64,000 bases of DNA from Lama glama (Eukaryota). The stretch lies in NCBI GenBank assembly GCA_028534125.1, contig CM052818.1, positions 39,744,001 through 39,808,000 of the forward strand. Reading direction: 5' to 3'. Shown here one piece after another: positions 50,231-63,777 of this stretch. How positions within the stretch are numbered: the first letter of the stretch is position 1; every line of letters begins with the position of its first letter. The notes below the pieces were generated by a model, which worked only from the letters and a program-made list of their open reading frames with translations, was not told the origin of the DNA and ran no database searches. Both the position numbers and the translations under genes were made by a program.

Positions 50231-53024
50231 AATGAAGAAGGAAAAATTTTTTCAAGTTTCCGTTTACAGTTGTCAATGTCTCTGCTTTTCTGTCTTTCTA
50301 AGTGAAATCAGGAGAACATTTTAGAGCACATCTCATTCTTTTCAGGAAAAACAACACTTGAATGACAGCTTTGTTCTGTAATGTAAGGCCAACCTCTGTG
50401 ACTTCACCAAGTCAGTCTATCCTATAACTGGTGGGGATGGTTGCTGATGGGTAATTTGTAGAAGGGCAGAAATCCTTCTTTAGGAGTAAAGAATGGAAAC
50501 TAACTTCTTTTGTGGGGGACAGTACTGGATCGCGATTATTTAGACTGAGTTTCCTCGAGACCGTATGCCCCCAAAGGGAACTCAGTGGAGTCTGGCCTGG
50601 TGACCCAATGCCAGGCTTCGAGGGGGTCTGCCGGGTGCTGCAGGGAGAGGAGGGATGGGGCTGGAGCTGGCATAGAGGTAAGCGAGGGCTGGGAGCTCCT
50701 CCCCTTGTCCAGCCCCTTCTGTTTCAGGGAGCAGTAGCTGAGCATGCGATGAGGAAGCAAAGACCTTGGGAGGCCAAGCTTGATTCATCCTTGGCCAAGC
50801 CCAACTCTGCAGTACCTTATGTGGAATTGTTTCTCTGGAAGAAACTCTACTGTTTGCATAGGAATCTGGACCAGAAAGGGTGTTATCACTGCTGTGTATC
50901 CAAATACATCTATTTTTGACAGAAATCGGTATGGCAAAGACCAGAGCCATAGCAATCAGACCCGGGGTTTTAGTTGTGGACAAATCTGATTCTCTGGTCC
51001 TCACTTTACTTGGAGTTTAAAAGTTGGAATGGCCCCTTTGGTTTTGAATAAACATTGGACTCATAGGCAATTCTAGGCCAAGGAAATCCCAAGAAAGAGA
51101 AACTGGATATCCTGATAATTTGGATAGTGATTTAAATGGTTAATTTGTATGTTAAGAAAAAAAGGGACAGTCCTTTGGTGAAGTGGGTAATACCGGTTAC
51201 ACAACCAGATTCCAGGACTTCAGTAAACAATTCGGAGTCCCCAGTATGTGCCAGGCATTATGCTAGAAAATGAGATGGATTCAAGATGACTCAGATATGA
51301 CTTTCTCCTAGAGATCATAATGAAGTGATTTTTTTTTCCAGATAGCAAGGAATCAAGCTCCTTGGGGTTCATTGTGATCTTAATTGTAAGGTTAGGTTAA
51401 GGAGTGTCGTGCATCGGTTATTGAGCTGGAGTTTACTGACCCTCAGTAAAGGTCAGCGTGCTCACACTTCCTCTGTGGGTATCCTAAGACAACTCAAACT
51501 CTAGAATCAGTACAGCCGTAACCTCCCAGCCACTCATTTAACTGTGTTTGTTGTGGAGCTCTGGGCTTGACGTTCAGAGATGCCTGGGAGGGTGCTGTGG
51601 CTTTGTACTGCTTAGGTCCTGCTGTAGCACTGGGTCAGGGCAGTTGTTGGAAGAACGTCTCTGACAGAATTATCTTAACCTTCTGGGAAAGAAAGGCTTC
51701 ACCTTGCAGGGACCTCTGTGGTCCTTTTTCTCTCCGGTCTGTTTGTTCTCTCCTTGTCTGTCATAACCATGTTTACGCACCACCCAACCCTTCCCATTAA
51801 AAATGACAGAGATGATGGGGCCCTAATGAATCACTCTCCAAGCATCTAAGTCACAATAATCAATTATAGCTCCCTGTCAGTAGGACAATGATCTCTGTGC
51901 ATTGGTGATCTTTATATAAGTTTGTTAAGAGATCCATTAGGCGGGGGTGTGGACTCTCTCTCCTTTGATATATTGTTCTGACGAGAAGCCACATGCCTAT
52001 GGGGCCCTTCACTCACAGGACTTAAAGCTTTGAGTCATAGATCGGCAGTGTGGGAATTAAGAGGACCTTTGGGATTCAATAAATTCTACCCAAGAGAAGG
52101 TATCAGATTGTGTTGAAGGTGTTGCTTTCCTGCACGTTGTGGGGAAGGCTGCCATGTTTGGGGCTTCACTTTCTTCCTCTCCCTGAAGAATCTACCCTTT
52201 TATCCCATCTTGGCGCATCTCTAATTAGGGATTAGATAGACCTGACAAAGCTATAGAGCAGAGTAGGTGAGTCAGCTAGCTATAAGGGTGATAAGTAATC
52301 TGGGGTAAAGGAAACATAGGATCCTGTTTAACAAAGAGCTCCCCATAGTTGAATATAGGGCAGAAATTCTCTAGGAATCATATATATGAATGAGAGCAGG
52401 CAGCTTTTTTAATTTGGGAAAGGATAAGAAAACACGAGTCTTTGATCCTGAACAGGGAGAGGTGCCTGGAACTTTCACTAATGAAGTGATGAGCTCACAG
52501 TGTATGCGGGTTCAGGGCACAGGGCTGGATAGACACCTCCGGGCAGCATTGCGCTGGTGTGCCCCTTTCTGCTTGATCTGCTGTAGAGTCTTGCAGGGGC
52601 GCTGCCATCTCTCCTCTACAGGCTTTTGGGAGGAAAATGCACAGGGGTGTCTATTTGCAGAAATCTGCATGCAGAGGAATCCCAGAAGAGTGACCCTCGG
52701 GCACAAGGGTCCTCCTTACACTTGCCCGTGTTTATTGCCACGTCTCCTGGTCCTTGTGGCCCTCAGCCTCTACCCTCTCCAGCTCTTCATCTGGGCTCTA
52801 TTCTGTCCCCTGTAACAATCCTCAAGGAGGTAGGAAGAACCAAGTGAGTCCTCATTCCCTCCCTCCCCTCTCCACCTGATGAGGGTCTGTTCCTGAGACC
52901 CTCCCAGGTCTGAATCAGGTTCCCTAGACAACCACCAGGCTCCGGTGTCCTCCTCCCTCAGGTCAGTCTTACTCCATCCTTGTTCCTCATTAGTGAACGA
53001 CTAAATGGCCCGGTCTGTACACAC

Positions 53025-53190
53025 TGCACCTTGTTTAATATTTGTAACAATCCAGTAAAAGAAAATTAGTATCCCAGTTTTACAGATAAGAACATTTTGG
53101 CTCAGAAATTTTAAGTAATTTGCCCAAAGTCACTTACCTAATAAATGATACATCTGGAGTTTTGTCTTGAGCCTGTCAAACTCTACTTTA
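53025..53190. mobile_element. MIR SINE
   Basis: TATCCCAGTTTTACAGATAAGAA...GGCTCAGAAATTTTAAGTAATTTGCCCAAAGTCAC. Confidence 0.75.
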
Positions 53191-53419
53191 TTTTTTTTTT
53201 CCTTCTTTCTACTACCCTTTTAAGCTATTTGATGGTGTGGATGAAGTAGTTTCTTTCTTCTTAACTTGAATTCTTGGGCTGTTCACCAGTTCCCCACCAG
53301 GGGCCTCCTTGGCTTGTATGTCCACTCCGTACAGAAAGAAACTTTGAAGACAGGCCAACTGGGCCAGCTTCCAGCCCATTGCCAATCCATGAAATCAAGT
53401 GGCAAATATTAGTAGATGT

Positions 53420-53876
53420 TCTTGGCTGGGGATTTTTAAACCAGTGGAATCTTTCCTTTAGTGATTATGCACATTTGATTTGTTCTTCAACATATTTGCT
53501 CACTTTTTTTTGTGCAAATTTCAGAATATTGATTTTTTCTATCGTTGTTGCCTAATTAAAGATTATTCTATTGCAAAGCAATGGTTAAAAAGAACTATTA
53601 TCATTTACAACAACTTGTCTCTTGAGTGGGATTTATATTTCCTTGGAAACTACAGAACTAAGATAACATTCTGAAATAAATTAGATGCTGCAGGGTCTTC
53701 CTCCATTTCAAATTTTTCATCCTAATAATTTCATTGTTCTTATCAATTGTTTTTATAATTAGTAAATGTATTAATTTACTAATAACTGATTTTTAAAATC
53801 TGTTTATGTGTTAGGTTTACATATGTTTCATTTTTGAAAGAGAGTTCTTTTACTAAAAATGTTTGAAAACCACTGC
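53420..53876. mobile_element. Probable hAT-Charlie DNA transposon relic
   Basis: AT-rich block ending TAAAAATGTTTGAAAACCACTG, a typical Charlie-family terminus. The family is uncertain. Confidence 0.4.
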
Positions 53877-55164
53877 ATGGTCTCTCTGAAAGCCCTCATT
53901 TCCACCTCACTCTTGCTATGCCCACCTTTGTAGACCCCCTACCTGCTTGCTTTTGCTCCAGTCTTCATAGCTTAGCTCTGGCTCCTGAATTTTGGAATTT
54001 CTTTGATTCCTTTCTTGCTATTTTGAAACCTGCATGGGGTTTTCAACTTTGTAAATTTCAGCATCTGCCATTCTTTCAGGTCAGGATTCTCCTTTTCAGT
54101 GCAGCCCTGCAGAAATAACTTCTGAGGCTGATCCTACAGGTGCATCCTGAGCTGCGTCCCCACACGGAGGTGTGGACTAGTCTAACTTTCTCTGTTCACT
54201 ACTATCGGAGGGGGCCATCTGGGAGCCTCAGAGTTGGGAGCCTGAGTTTTACACTGTTCTCGTTCACACAGCAAGTGTGCACAGGAGCTGGGAAGCAGGC
54301 TTCTTGGCTGCAGGACCTACTACCCACTGCCTGATAATTTTGGGGGCATTTAAAACACAAAAATTTTCATTCTTCAAAGTGAGCAGTATTGACAGAAGCA
54401 CAGAGTTCCTGAGTGCATGCTGTACACTATGCTATGTGGTTCCTTGTGCATTTTCTCTTGTTTGCTTCTGGCTTGAACTAAGTGGAATAAACAAAACAAA
54501 GAACCCATTAGAGAGCACTCGTGAGATTGGGTTGAAGAAGTTTGCTTTTATAGGGGAAGAAGTAAAGGGAAGTGTTTGCCACCAGGGCAGGGATTTATTT
54601 ATTCTGCTGGTGGGTCTCAGATTACACCTAAGGGCTCTCCGATGCCTTTGGAGAGCCCTAAAGGATTCTAGGTACATGGGTGGGAGCACTGGCACTTTGA
54701 ACAGAGCCAAGGGGATGATTTCTGAAAATGTTCAGGACACCCTCATTTGCCAAAGAACAAACAGCATGAGAAGGCATGGTCTTTGTTTTCAAGGGGCTCA
54801 TGAGCTGGCTGGGAAGAAAACGGACGATCTATACAAAGTCATTAATGGTATAGTCATGCCTGACACAAACCTTCAGGGCCCAGGAGGATGAGTGATTTAG
54901 ACATGCTGGGGGTCTGGGCAGCCACTCAGGACAGTAGGGCTGGTCTGGGCCATGTCTGATGTGTGCTTCCTCATGTGCTCCCCGTTCCTGTCATTTCCCA
55001 TGTCTCGTGTGCAATCCTTGTCTCCACGGCACTTTCTGCTCCTGACTTGCGAGGAGAGGAGCTCTACCCGTGTTACTTTAAGTCGTGGCGGGGGGGGGGG
55101 TGCATGCTGGGTATAGAGGATCATGTGAGGGGTTCTTATAAGGAACAATAGGACAGTGGGAGCT

Positions 55165-55330
55165 CATAGTATTTAACCATTCTCTGACTCAATTTCTTCT
55201 AGTGGGACTAATAATAGTGCCCATTCTCTGGGTTTTTGTTAAAAAATAAATTAGATAATCCATGTTTGGCTTAGCTCAGCGGGTGGTACTTAGTAGATTC
55301 TCAATATATGCAGTTTCTATGATCACTAAT
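55165..55330. mobile_element. MIR SINE
   Basis: TATTTAACCATTCTCTGACTCAATTTC...ATAATAGTGCCCA...GGCTTAGCTCAGCG. Confidence 0.6.
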
Positions 55331-55944
55331 AATTTCTGGTTTCTTAGAACTTTTACTTGCTGTGGGCTCTGGGGCTCCATCTCTGTATTCCCCTCAATGA
55401 CTCTGTCTTGGTTTCTGGACTTTTACTTCTTGTTGCCCTTGCCTGACTTTATTCTTGTTTCCAATATTGTCTTAGCAGTGACTCTGACTGTCTCGGAGCT
55501 CCTGTTTTGGGTTGGACTGGGTTGTGTGTGCCTGGCCATTTTATTAGCAGGCTTGCATTAGGTCTGTGCCCTCTGTGTGTCCAATCACCAGGGACTATTG
55601 GCAGGAAGAAACATACTTAGAGGCCTGTCGGGTGGGTGGATCTTGGTGTTGTGCTATCCACCCCTCAGATGCTAACCTTGTGCAGATATCTGCCCCATTC
55701 AGACCTACACACAATCTCATCTGCTCAGTGCGGAGAGGACACACAGATGAGGAATATAAGGTCCTTGTGAGACCTCACCACCAGGGAATGGTTAGGAGTG
55801 AAGGAAACTAGCATGCCCAGAAGACTATCACGTATGTCAGCTTCTGGGAGCAGAGTGAGGGGACAGGCTGGAGGGGTCAGTGGTGAGAAAAGAGATCCTG
55901 GGAGAGGACTTTGGGAGTCTCACAGGCAAATGGCAGCAAATATG

Positions 55945-56115
55945 TCAGATTTGGTGCTAAATGCTTTCATTACTCTTCACAGTGTGCCTGCAAGCACCAT
56001 CACTATCTAAACCACACACGTGAAGGGACGGATGTGCAGAAAGAGGAAGTGACCTGCTGTCGGTCACACAGTGCCAGTAAAAGCACTGGAAAAGGAGTGA
56101 TTCAAACCCAGGCGT
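55945..56115. mobile_element. MIR SINE
   Basis: GTGCTAAATGCTTTCA...GAGGAAGTGACCTGC...GGTCACACAG...GATTCAAACCCAGG. Confidence 0.6.
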
Positions 56116-56259
56116 GAAAGGTCCCACAAGAACAAGGGCACAGAGGGAAGAGATAGTTAAAGCTCATTCTATCAGGAAAGGCCCTTCAGTCAGGAAAGGG
56201 ATTTAACTGCCAGGTGGGATGGTTATTGGGACATTTTCTTGGCTGCCGTCTTGGATGCC

Positions 56260-57990
56260 CAAGCCTCGCTCCTCGGCCCTGTTCTCCTGCTCCCTCTAGC
56301 TCCTGCTTCACGTGGACACCAGAGTGATTTTCCTGAAATCTCGGCCTCTTCATGTCACTTTTTTTGCTTCAAGTCCTCCCGCAGCTCCAGAGCTCTCAGA
56401 ATAAAGCTCAAACTCCTTAGTGCATCATTAAATAAACTTCCAATCTGGACTCATCCCACGTCCTTGACCTCTCCTTGATGCTCCCAAAGCTGCCACATTG
56501 AACTGCTCACCCTTCCCTAAACAGGCCATCTGTTTTCAAGACTGCATATGATTGGCAGGCCGTCATCCCTGTTCTGCCTGGAACACCATCTCTTACTGGC
56601 TAGCACTTTCTACTGAGCCCCTTTACAGGAGTTAATCTGTTAGCCTCCACAGGAACCCTGTTGAGCAGACACTTTTATTTCCATTTTATAGATGAGTAAA
56701 CTGAGATTCAGAGAAGTTAAGATGCTTGCACAGGGTCACAGTCCTAGTAGGATCAGAGGCAGGGTTTCAACCTGGACAGCTTGACTCTAAGGCTTGTACT
56801 CTTCCCCCCCAGCCTGTGTGGTCTCCCTCCTCTGTCTTTTCACTGGGAGGATTCTTTCTTACATGGACCAGATCAGACACCTCTTCTGTGGCATTCTCCT
56901 TGATTACTCCCTCACCCCCAAACCTCTCTGTTAGATGAGTCACCTCTCCACAGTGTTTTGTTCAATTCCATTATAGCATTTATCACATCTTATTAGAGTT
57001 ATTTTTTAGGGCTTTGCTATGGACTGAATGTTTGTGTCCCTCCCCAAATTCGTATGGTGAAGCCCCAACCCTCATTGTGACTGTATTTGGAGATAAGGCC
57101 TTTATAGAGGTAATTACGTTTAAATGAGCTCATATGGGTGGGGCCCAGATCCAATAGGATTAGTGTCCCTATATGAAGAGACATCGGGGAGCTCACTCTC
57201 CCTGCCATGTGAGGACACACGAAGGTAGCCATCAGCAAACCAGGACGAGAACTGCTTTGAGTTTGTCAAATTAACTTTTGTGAAATGGAGCACAGGGTCC
57301 TGGATGGTGAGCCACAGTTCAGCAATCTTCCACAAGGGGAACTGAAATAGAGAGGTGTGTTGTTCACAGGTCCGGGAGGAGGTGCACACAGGGCCACACG
57401 GGGAGATCAAGGCAGGGTGCAGAGGGAGGGGCAGGACCACCTTGGGTACGTGCCTTTGTTAGGGTCTGTGGGGTGGAGTGCTTTGGGATTCTGGGATCCA
57501 AACCAAAGGGCAAGATTTTGGTGAGCCCCGTGGGGTTGCATAAGGCAGATGGGCTGGTGGGGGCAGTGTTGGTCACAAGGGCTGTTGGGGAAGTCCTGTT
57601 GGGAACGTTCATTTGTTCGCGGCACTGTGGCTGCTTTCTAGGGCATGTGCCTGCAGCAGGGGCTAGTGTCAGTTTGCGGTGCCCGCGGTCTGCGTGGCCA
57701 AGCAAAATGGCAGCAACTACATAAAGCGGATGCTGTGTGATCTTGGCCTGAGACTTGCAGCCTCTAGAACTGTGGCGAAATTGATGTCTGGTGTATGGTG
57801 TTTTGTTATGGCACCTGTAGCAAACTAACAGCAGCTCTTTCTTCCCTGATTGGGTCTCCCTTCTGAATGTGGGCTACTGGTTGGCAGGAATCCTCTCTGT
57901 CAGTGGCCCTGTATTCCCAGCATCTCGCTTGGTGCCTACTGATTGAAAGCGTGGCATGCTGGAGGCTCTCGGGAAGTTGGTGGAATCCAG
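56260..57990 (+). mobile_element. LINE-2 3' region interrupted by a MIR (~56600-56800) and an MLT1 LTR (57015-57833)
   Basis: CCAGAGTGATTTTCCTGAAA...CATGTCACT...CTCAGAATAAAGCTCAAACTCCTTAG at ~56320-56420; L2-like sequence resumes at ~56850-57000 and ~57840-57990. Confidence 0.6.
57015..57833. mobile_element. MaLR LTR (MLT1A-like) split by a ~480-bp insert, probably another ERV LTR
   Basis: TGCTATGGACTGAATGTTTGTGTCCCTCCCCAAATTCGTATG...GCCATGTGAGGACACA...CAAACCAGGA to ~57255, resuming at ~57740 with GACTTGCAGCCTCTAGAACTGTG...TATGGTGTTTTGTTATGGCA...AACTAA. Confidence 0.8.
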
Positions 57991-60900
57991 CCTTATGGTA
58001 CCCTCACTCCCTGGGTCCCCAGGATCCCATGGCTCCACGGCGACTCAGAGCACCCTCCTCCTCTCCTGCCTGTGTTCACCTGTGCTCCGGGCCCCCGGGA
58101 GACTCTGCAGGTGGGGCTGTCTCTTCTGCATGGAGCTTTCACTGACGGCTGATTTACTAGCTCCTTGCAGAGGGCTTGGCGGCCTGCTGTCTCCTCTGGC
58201 CCTCGTAAAGCCCCCCCCTCCGCTTCGCCCTGTGCCAGCAGCCGCCCCGCCCACTGCCTGGGCAGGATTTATGGCAAGGATTCATCAGATTAGGAGGGAT
58301 GGGACGTGGTACTTCTTCCACTGTGTGCAGAATGCAGTCTGACGACATTGCAGGTCCCTCTGCCTGCTGAGCAAACCCACGTGGTCATGCTTGGCATTTT
58401 CCAACCTGAGGAGTCATTTGGAAACATTTTGATTTGACAAGAAATAACTATAAACATTCTCTGGGGCTGAATAGAAATTTAACTTTTTCAGATCCTTCTT
58501 GTACCACCTCCTGCCAGGCTCTGGGACTCCCCAGTGTTCTGCTCACAGCAGTTTGCTCTTTACCAGGACCTTGGGCTTACCTAAGGCAGCCCTGGGCTTG
58601 AGCCCAACCTCCACTTTTCTCCTCCAAGAATGAAATATTCTCCCCAAGCTGGGGAAGCTGCTCACCCGCCCTCTGCCTGTGAGCATCTGTGAGAGCATCA
58701 CCCCTTTCATAGTTTGACTACTTTGCTTCATAGAAAGTTCTCTAAAACTTAAAAAATGTTTTACCTAACCTCTTATTTTTGCATCCACTGGCCTTCCTTC
58801 TGCCATTCTGGACAACAACGAAAGTGATAAAAGATCTGCTCCATGTTTTACACAGAAGTTTTTCACCAAAAAATGTTGTATTAGTAGACAGCAGTGGGTC
58901 TCATCCACCCAGCATTTATCAGGAGGCTGCTCTTCTGGGCACAGCAGAGGGAGAGACGTGCACAGGGTTGCTGCGTGGGATTTTGGGGTCGTGTGCCACA
59001 CAGCTGCGGGGAGCTCCATGCACACAGACCACGCAGCCTGCACAGTCATGGGGGGCTGTTTCGTGTGGACAGGGCATGCTTCTTGCTGTTGAAGCCCTCA
59101 CATGGTATTCAGGGGTCCTCCAAGTCTTCTTTGCCCAGCTGACCCCCGTTGGCTCTCTTTCAGCAGTTCCCTCTTAGTCATGGTTTGGGGTTTGGTCACC
59201 ATCTTGTTCTTTGTCCCTTGAACATGTTCTCATCTGTCAGGGTCCTTCTGCCAGTGTGGGGCCTCCAAGTACAGTCTGAACACATCACCATGATTTAGGA
59301 CGATCATCTCCATCTTGGACTTTGAACTCCTGTTCAAGCAACCCTCAGGGAAGGGCCATTGGCTAAGGTTTTGCTTCAGCGAGCGATTTCTAAAAATCAA
59401 CAAGACTTGGAGATTATTTGACATGGATTAAAGGAAAGAGATACCTATTCATCAGCCAAGCTGACATGGCATGTGCCATTTAGGATTATGGTGATCTCCT
59501 TATATTCTTGTCTTCCTTATCAGTTTCTTTATAGGAGAGGCTGAATTTAATTTGTCTGCATGTTTTGAGACAGCAGAGTACCTGGTCCAGGCAGCTGCTT
59601 GCTAAAGTGGAACAGATGGCAGCTACTGGGTTCAGGCCTCGTTCTAGGTGTCCTGGTGGAGAAAACGTGGCTTCTGCTCTCACGGAGGCCTTGACATCAT
59701 CAGTGAGTGGCTAAGTGGTGACTTTAGAGGAGGTGACTTGGGGGAGGCAGAGCTCCTGAGGGATGCCCACCGTCTAGCGGGCTTTGCTGTGTCCTAGTGA
59801 AAGACTTTGGCCTCATCATCAGCGTGAGTGCCTTTTTTGACCTCCACAACCAGAGAAGTTAACTCATAGCTATTTTTGGAAAGTCTAGACTTTCTAGGGA
59901 CCATTTGAGGCATCAAGAGGAAAAGTCTTTGCAAGACTCATCTTTCGATTGAGCCCCAGTTTTCCCGGGGACACCACTGTCAGTTTGTTGTGGTTGTACA
60001 GGTCTGTGGGGGGGCAAGATGAAAGTGTGATGCGTCGCCCTCAGGTCACCTGCCCAGAGGTATTTGTGTTGGTGCCTACGTGAGAAAATCAGACATTGAA
60101 AATATCACAGTTAGGTCATGGGACAGAAAAAGCAAAGAGGGTGAGGTGAGGCTTTGCAGAGAAGGGAGGAAGCGGGGAGGGAGGGAGGCTGGGCCCTGGA
60201 GGGAAGGAGGTGTCTGTGCTGCCTGGAGGCCCTCTCTGGGGAGGGCTGCCCAGGTCACCGGATCCCGCAAGTGCTTTCCCGATCTCTCAGTGTCAGCCAC
60301 GAGCTATAATAGCTCTCCCTCCCCTATTCCAGCTGACTCCTTCCTGGTGCTCCAGGGCCCGGCAGAGCCAGGCCTTGACTGCAGCTCTCCTGACCCTCCG
60401 TTCTGCAGTTTTCCACAGCAACTCATTCACTGGTGTCCGTGCCATGATTTCAGTGGCTCTGACCACATAGTTCTCATCATTGGGCTGAAGAAAGGCCACT
60501 AGACTCAACTTCAGCTTAAGACAACAAACCAAAGCAACCTCAGTTTTTGGTATACCTCCACACCTCTCCTCCCTTGCTTCTCTGTTTCGTTCCAGAATGC
60601 CTATAACTTATTGCTGTGACATTTTGTAAATTTAGTTGGAGGTTGAATTCATAATAGTATTTGGAAACTACCTTAATTTTATAATTAAAGATTAAGTGGC
60701 TCATTCAACCTTCTCCATCTCTCCCCACAAATAATCTAGCAGTAAAACAAATCTCTGCTATTAAGTGGTATTTATTTAATTGTGATTTGCTGTAGAGCTG
60801 TTTAAGAGCGGGTCATTAGGTTAAAATCATTGTGCTTGTCCTCGGAGCAGAGGATGTCTCGCGCTGACTTACGTTGGGATGTGCTTTCCCTGAAGCTGAG

Positions 60901-63404
60901 CTAACACAGCCGTGTTTACATTACGCACATTCTCTAGCTGCTGACATTTTTTGTTCCTCCAGAAGGAAAGAGATGCAACGTAAACAAATGACCTTATTTG
61001 ATATGACGTGTCAGGTCAAGCTGGACCAATGGTTGATACTTTCCACTTGCACTAACTACATTTCCTTCCCCTCCTTCCTAATCTTCCTCTTCCCTAAGTC
61101 AATGTCGAAGAATAAACTAGTCATTTCGGATGATCTGAATCCTCTGTAGCTTGTCCCGAGTCTCTGAAGCTGAATAGATGCTCGAGGTGCCAGTGACCCT
61201 GTAGGCTCCTTATGCCCAGACCTAAGAACACTACTTGAGCTCCTGGTTTTCTCTAAGTGAGTAGGAGTTTGCAAAACCACACAACCTTTTTTTTTTTTTT
61301 TTGAAAGGTGGAACTAAGGCAGAGTTTGCATAGAGTGGAAAAGGACATGCAGGGAGGGCAAGGCTCACCACAACCCCCACTTACCCCCCAGCCTTTCCTC
61401 TAATAGTTTTTCCAAAGTCCCTCATCTTCTTCCCACTCAGAGCCCTCTTGGCTTTGCATTTTCTAGGCAGATGTGAGAAGTGTCACCACGTTTCCTCGGA
61501 GGACCGGAGCAAGATAAATGGGCGCTCCCGGAGCAGGACACCTGGATGGCAGTCTTATCTAGAGCCCAAATGGGACCGCATGTGCCCGGTGTTTATTTAT
61601 TCTTCTCCTGTTTGGAGACTTTCCCTGATTAATTACTTTCTAGTAATCGAGGCTGCTAACCAGTGTCTCATCTGATTAACCTGTAGTTCGGCCCTGGGTC
61701 CCAGAGGGTGGGCTGGCCATCCCGCCTGGGGAGTGAAGGAGGTCATTGGCCAGGGGCCCCTGGGATGCCAGTTTGGGGCTCGTTTATTTGCTTTAAGTCT
61801 TGTTTGCTATTCCTGCTGCAGTGACTGGCGACAGCTCCCCCCAAGTCCCATCCAATCTAATTGGCCTGCTGAAACAGCAGTGAGCGCGAGATTTAAGAAA
61901 TGTTTTCTTTGAAAACTTCTGGTCCGACAGACACTTTGAGATCACATTTCACCCTGTTTCAATTGCACGCCATTCCCTGGGCCTTTCAGGAGAAATATTG
62001 TAAGTGAGTCTTACAGGAGAACTGCTGCTTTGTGGTTTGGGGGGGCCGATGAGCTGGAGGCTGGAGGGGCGGCTGTGCCGAGGCAGCCCGGCATCTTCAG
62101 AATCTGGAGCCCCTGCCAACGTTAACACGTCCGAGGAGGTATTCAGTATCAAAGTCTCTAATATTTGGCTCCATAAACACGATACCGGTTGCAAAAACAA
62201 AGCTAAGGAGCTCATGCTGATTACTTCAATAAAAGCTGTTTAATTATGAACGTTTGGGAAATGAAGTTACCAACAGGACCAGGGGAGCTTTGGCGTCCAG
62301 TGTCCCTGCTCCCAGCATGCCACTGTTACACCAGATTGTCCACTCAGCTGAAAAGTCTGATGCTGAGCAGAGCACACCCTCAGCCCTGTGGGGATACTAC
62401 TTACTTGCCAGTAACAGTCGTCTTACTGCAGTGGCAAATTTGGGGAATTGATTAGTGATAGAATTATCGATGCTCTCAGTACCATTTGCAGGCCATCTGA
62501 GGGTTACCTGGGGTGGAGGTCCAAGCTCCCAGTAGACCTGCACTTCTTTCTCAGTAGCTAGCTGACTTTTCCCCTCCAGAAGGCAGGGTTCCAGGACTAG
62601 GCAAAGTAGAAGAGAATTCTGAGCAGGGAGCCAGTGGGTCTGATTGTGACTCATCCCCGGATGAGTTTTTCTTAATAACAGTTTAGGGAACGTAATCGTA
62701 TTAATGCTCCTGTGTAATTCTCACTCTTTATGTGGTTATAAATAGTTATTTTATGTCACATGGAATAGGTAGAACTATCCACGTAGAAGTTTAATGAACA
62801 AAAATCGGAGCTGGATTTGTGTTATGTGAGGAAAGAAATGTAGGACCTATGCGTTGTGAAGGAGTGAACTCTTCCTCAAAAGTGATTTTTTTCCCCCATA
62901 TATTGATGATTCTTTCTCAAAGAAGAAACTTTTTGTAGGCTAAACATTTCTGGTGCAGATCTTTAAAATTTGCTCTTACTCATCAGCAGATACCGAATAC
63001 AAATTGTGCCTGACCAGCCCTGATGACGCCACGCTGTAAAACACTGAAACATTCAGAAACTCCTGAGGGACTCCTGGCTGTTGTGCCCGTGCACTGAAGC
63101 ACGGTGACAGGCACTTCGCTTCAATGCAAAGCGGGGACAGTTACAACCGCCTCACGGCGCCATGATGATCGGTAGACGTGATGCGTGTGAAAATCAGTTA
63201 GAAAGTATAATATGCAATGCTAGCTATAGTTTTTTTCTGTCTTTATGTATTTTAGTTGCTTCTTTGAAGATGTTTCAACTGCTGCTCATAGCTGCTTCCT
63301 TATTTTATGCTATACAGCTTAGGCGAAGACCTGAGGACACCAATCAGAGTGAATCAGACAAATTTTTAGACGGCTACCTGTCACTGGAGACATTGCACGA
63401 AACA

Positions 63405-63575
63405 GAGAAAAGAGCACAGAATTTGTATCTAGAGAATCCTGAGTTCAAATCCTAGATCTTTCTTTAATAAGTCGTGTCTCGCTGGGCAATGTTACTTAAC
63501 ATTCCTGGGCTTAGTTTTTCTATTCTATAAAACAGGAATAACAATGCCTATAATGAGAATTTTGTGAGGCTTGTA
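63405..63575. mobile_element. MIR SINE
   Basis: CCTGAGTTCAAATCCTAG...TGGGCAATGTTACTTAAC...TTAGTTTTTC...TATAAAACAGGAATAACAAT. Confidence 0.75.
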
Positions 63576-63744
63576 TTTTGCAGGTTGCCCCCCCCCCAAT
63601 GCCAGCGTCAATGGGCATTTGATATTTTAAGTCCTTTTTCAGGAGAATTTTCCTCTGTTAGGTTAATAGCTGTGCCCTAGATGGTTTGGGATTGCTGACA
63701 TTCTGAATAACTATCCAGTAATTTATGTTTATGGCCATTTGTGT

Positions 63745-63746
<2 letters not shown>

Positions 63747-63776
<30 letters not shown>
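63747..63776. repeat. (GT)n microsatellite
   Basis: Uninterrupted GT dinucleotide run of about 15 units. Confidence 0.95.

Positions 63777-63777
<1 letters not shown>

Noticed and set aside
54277..54891. 204-aa ORF in the gene desert
   Set aside because: Non-ATG start, no recognisable motif and no supporting promoter or splice context; most likely chance, though not excluded without a database search.
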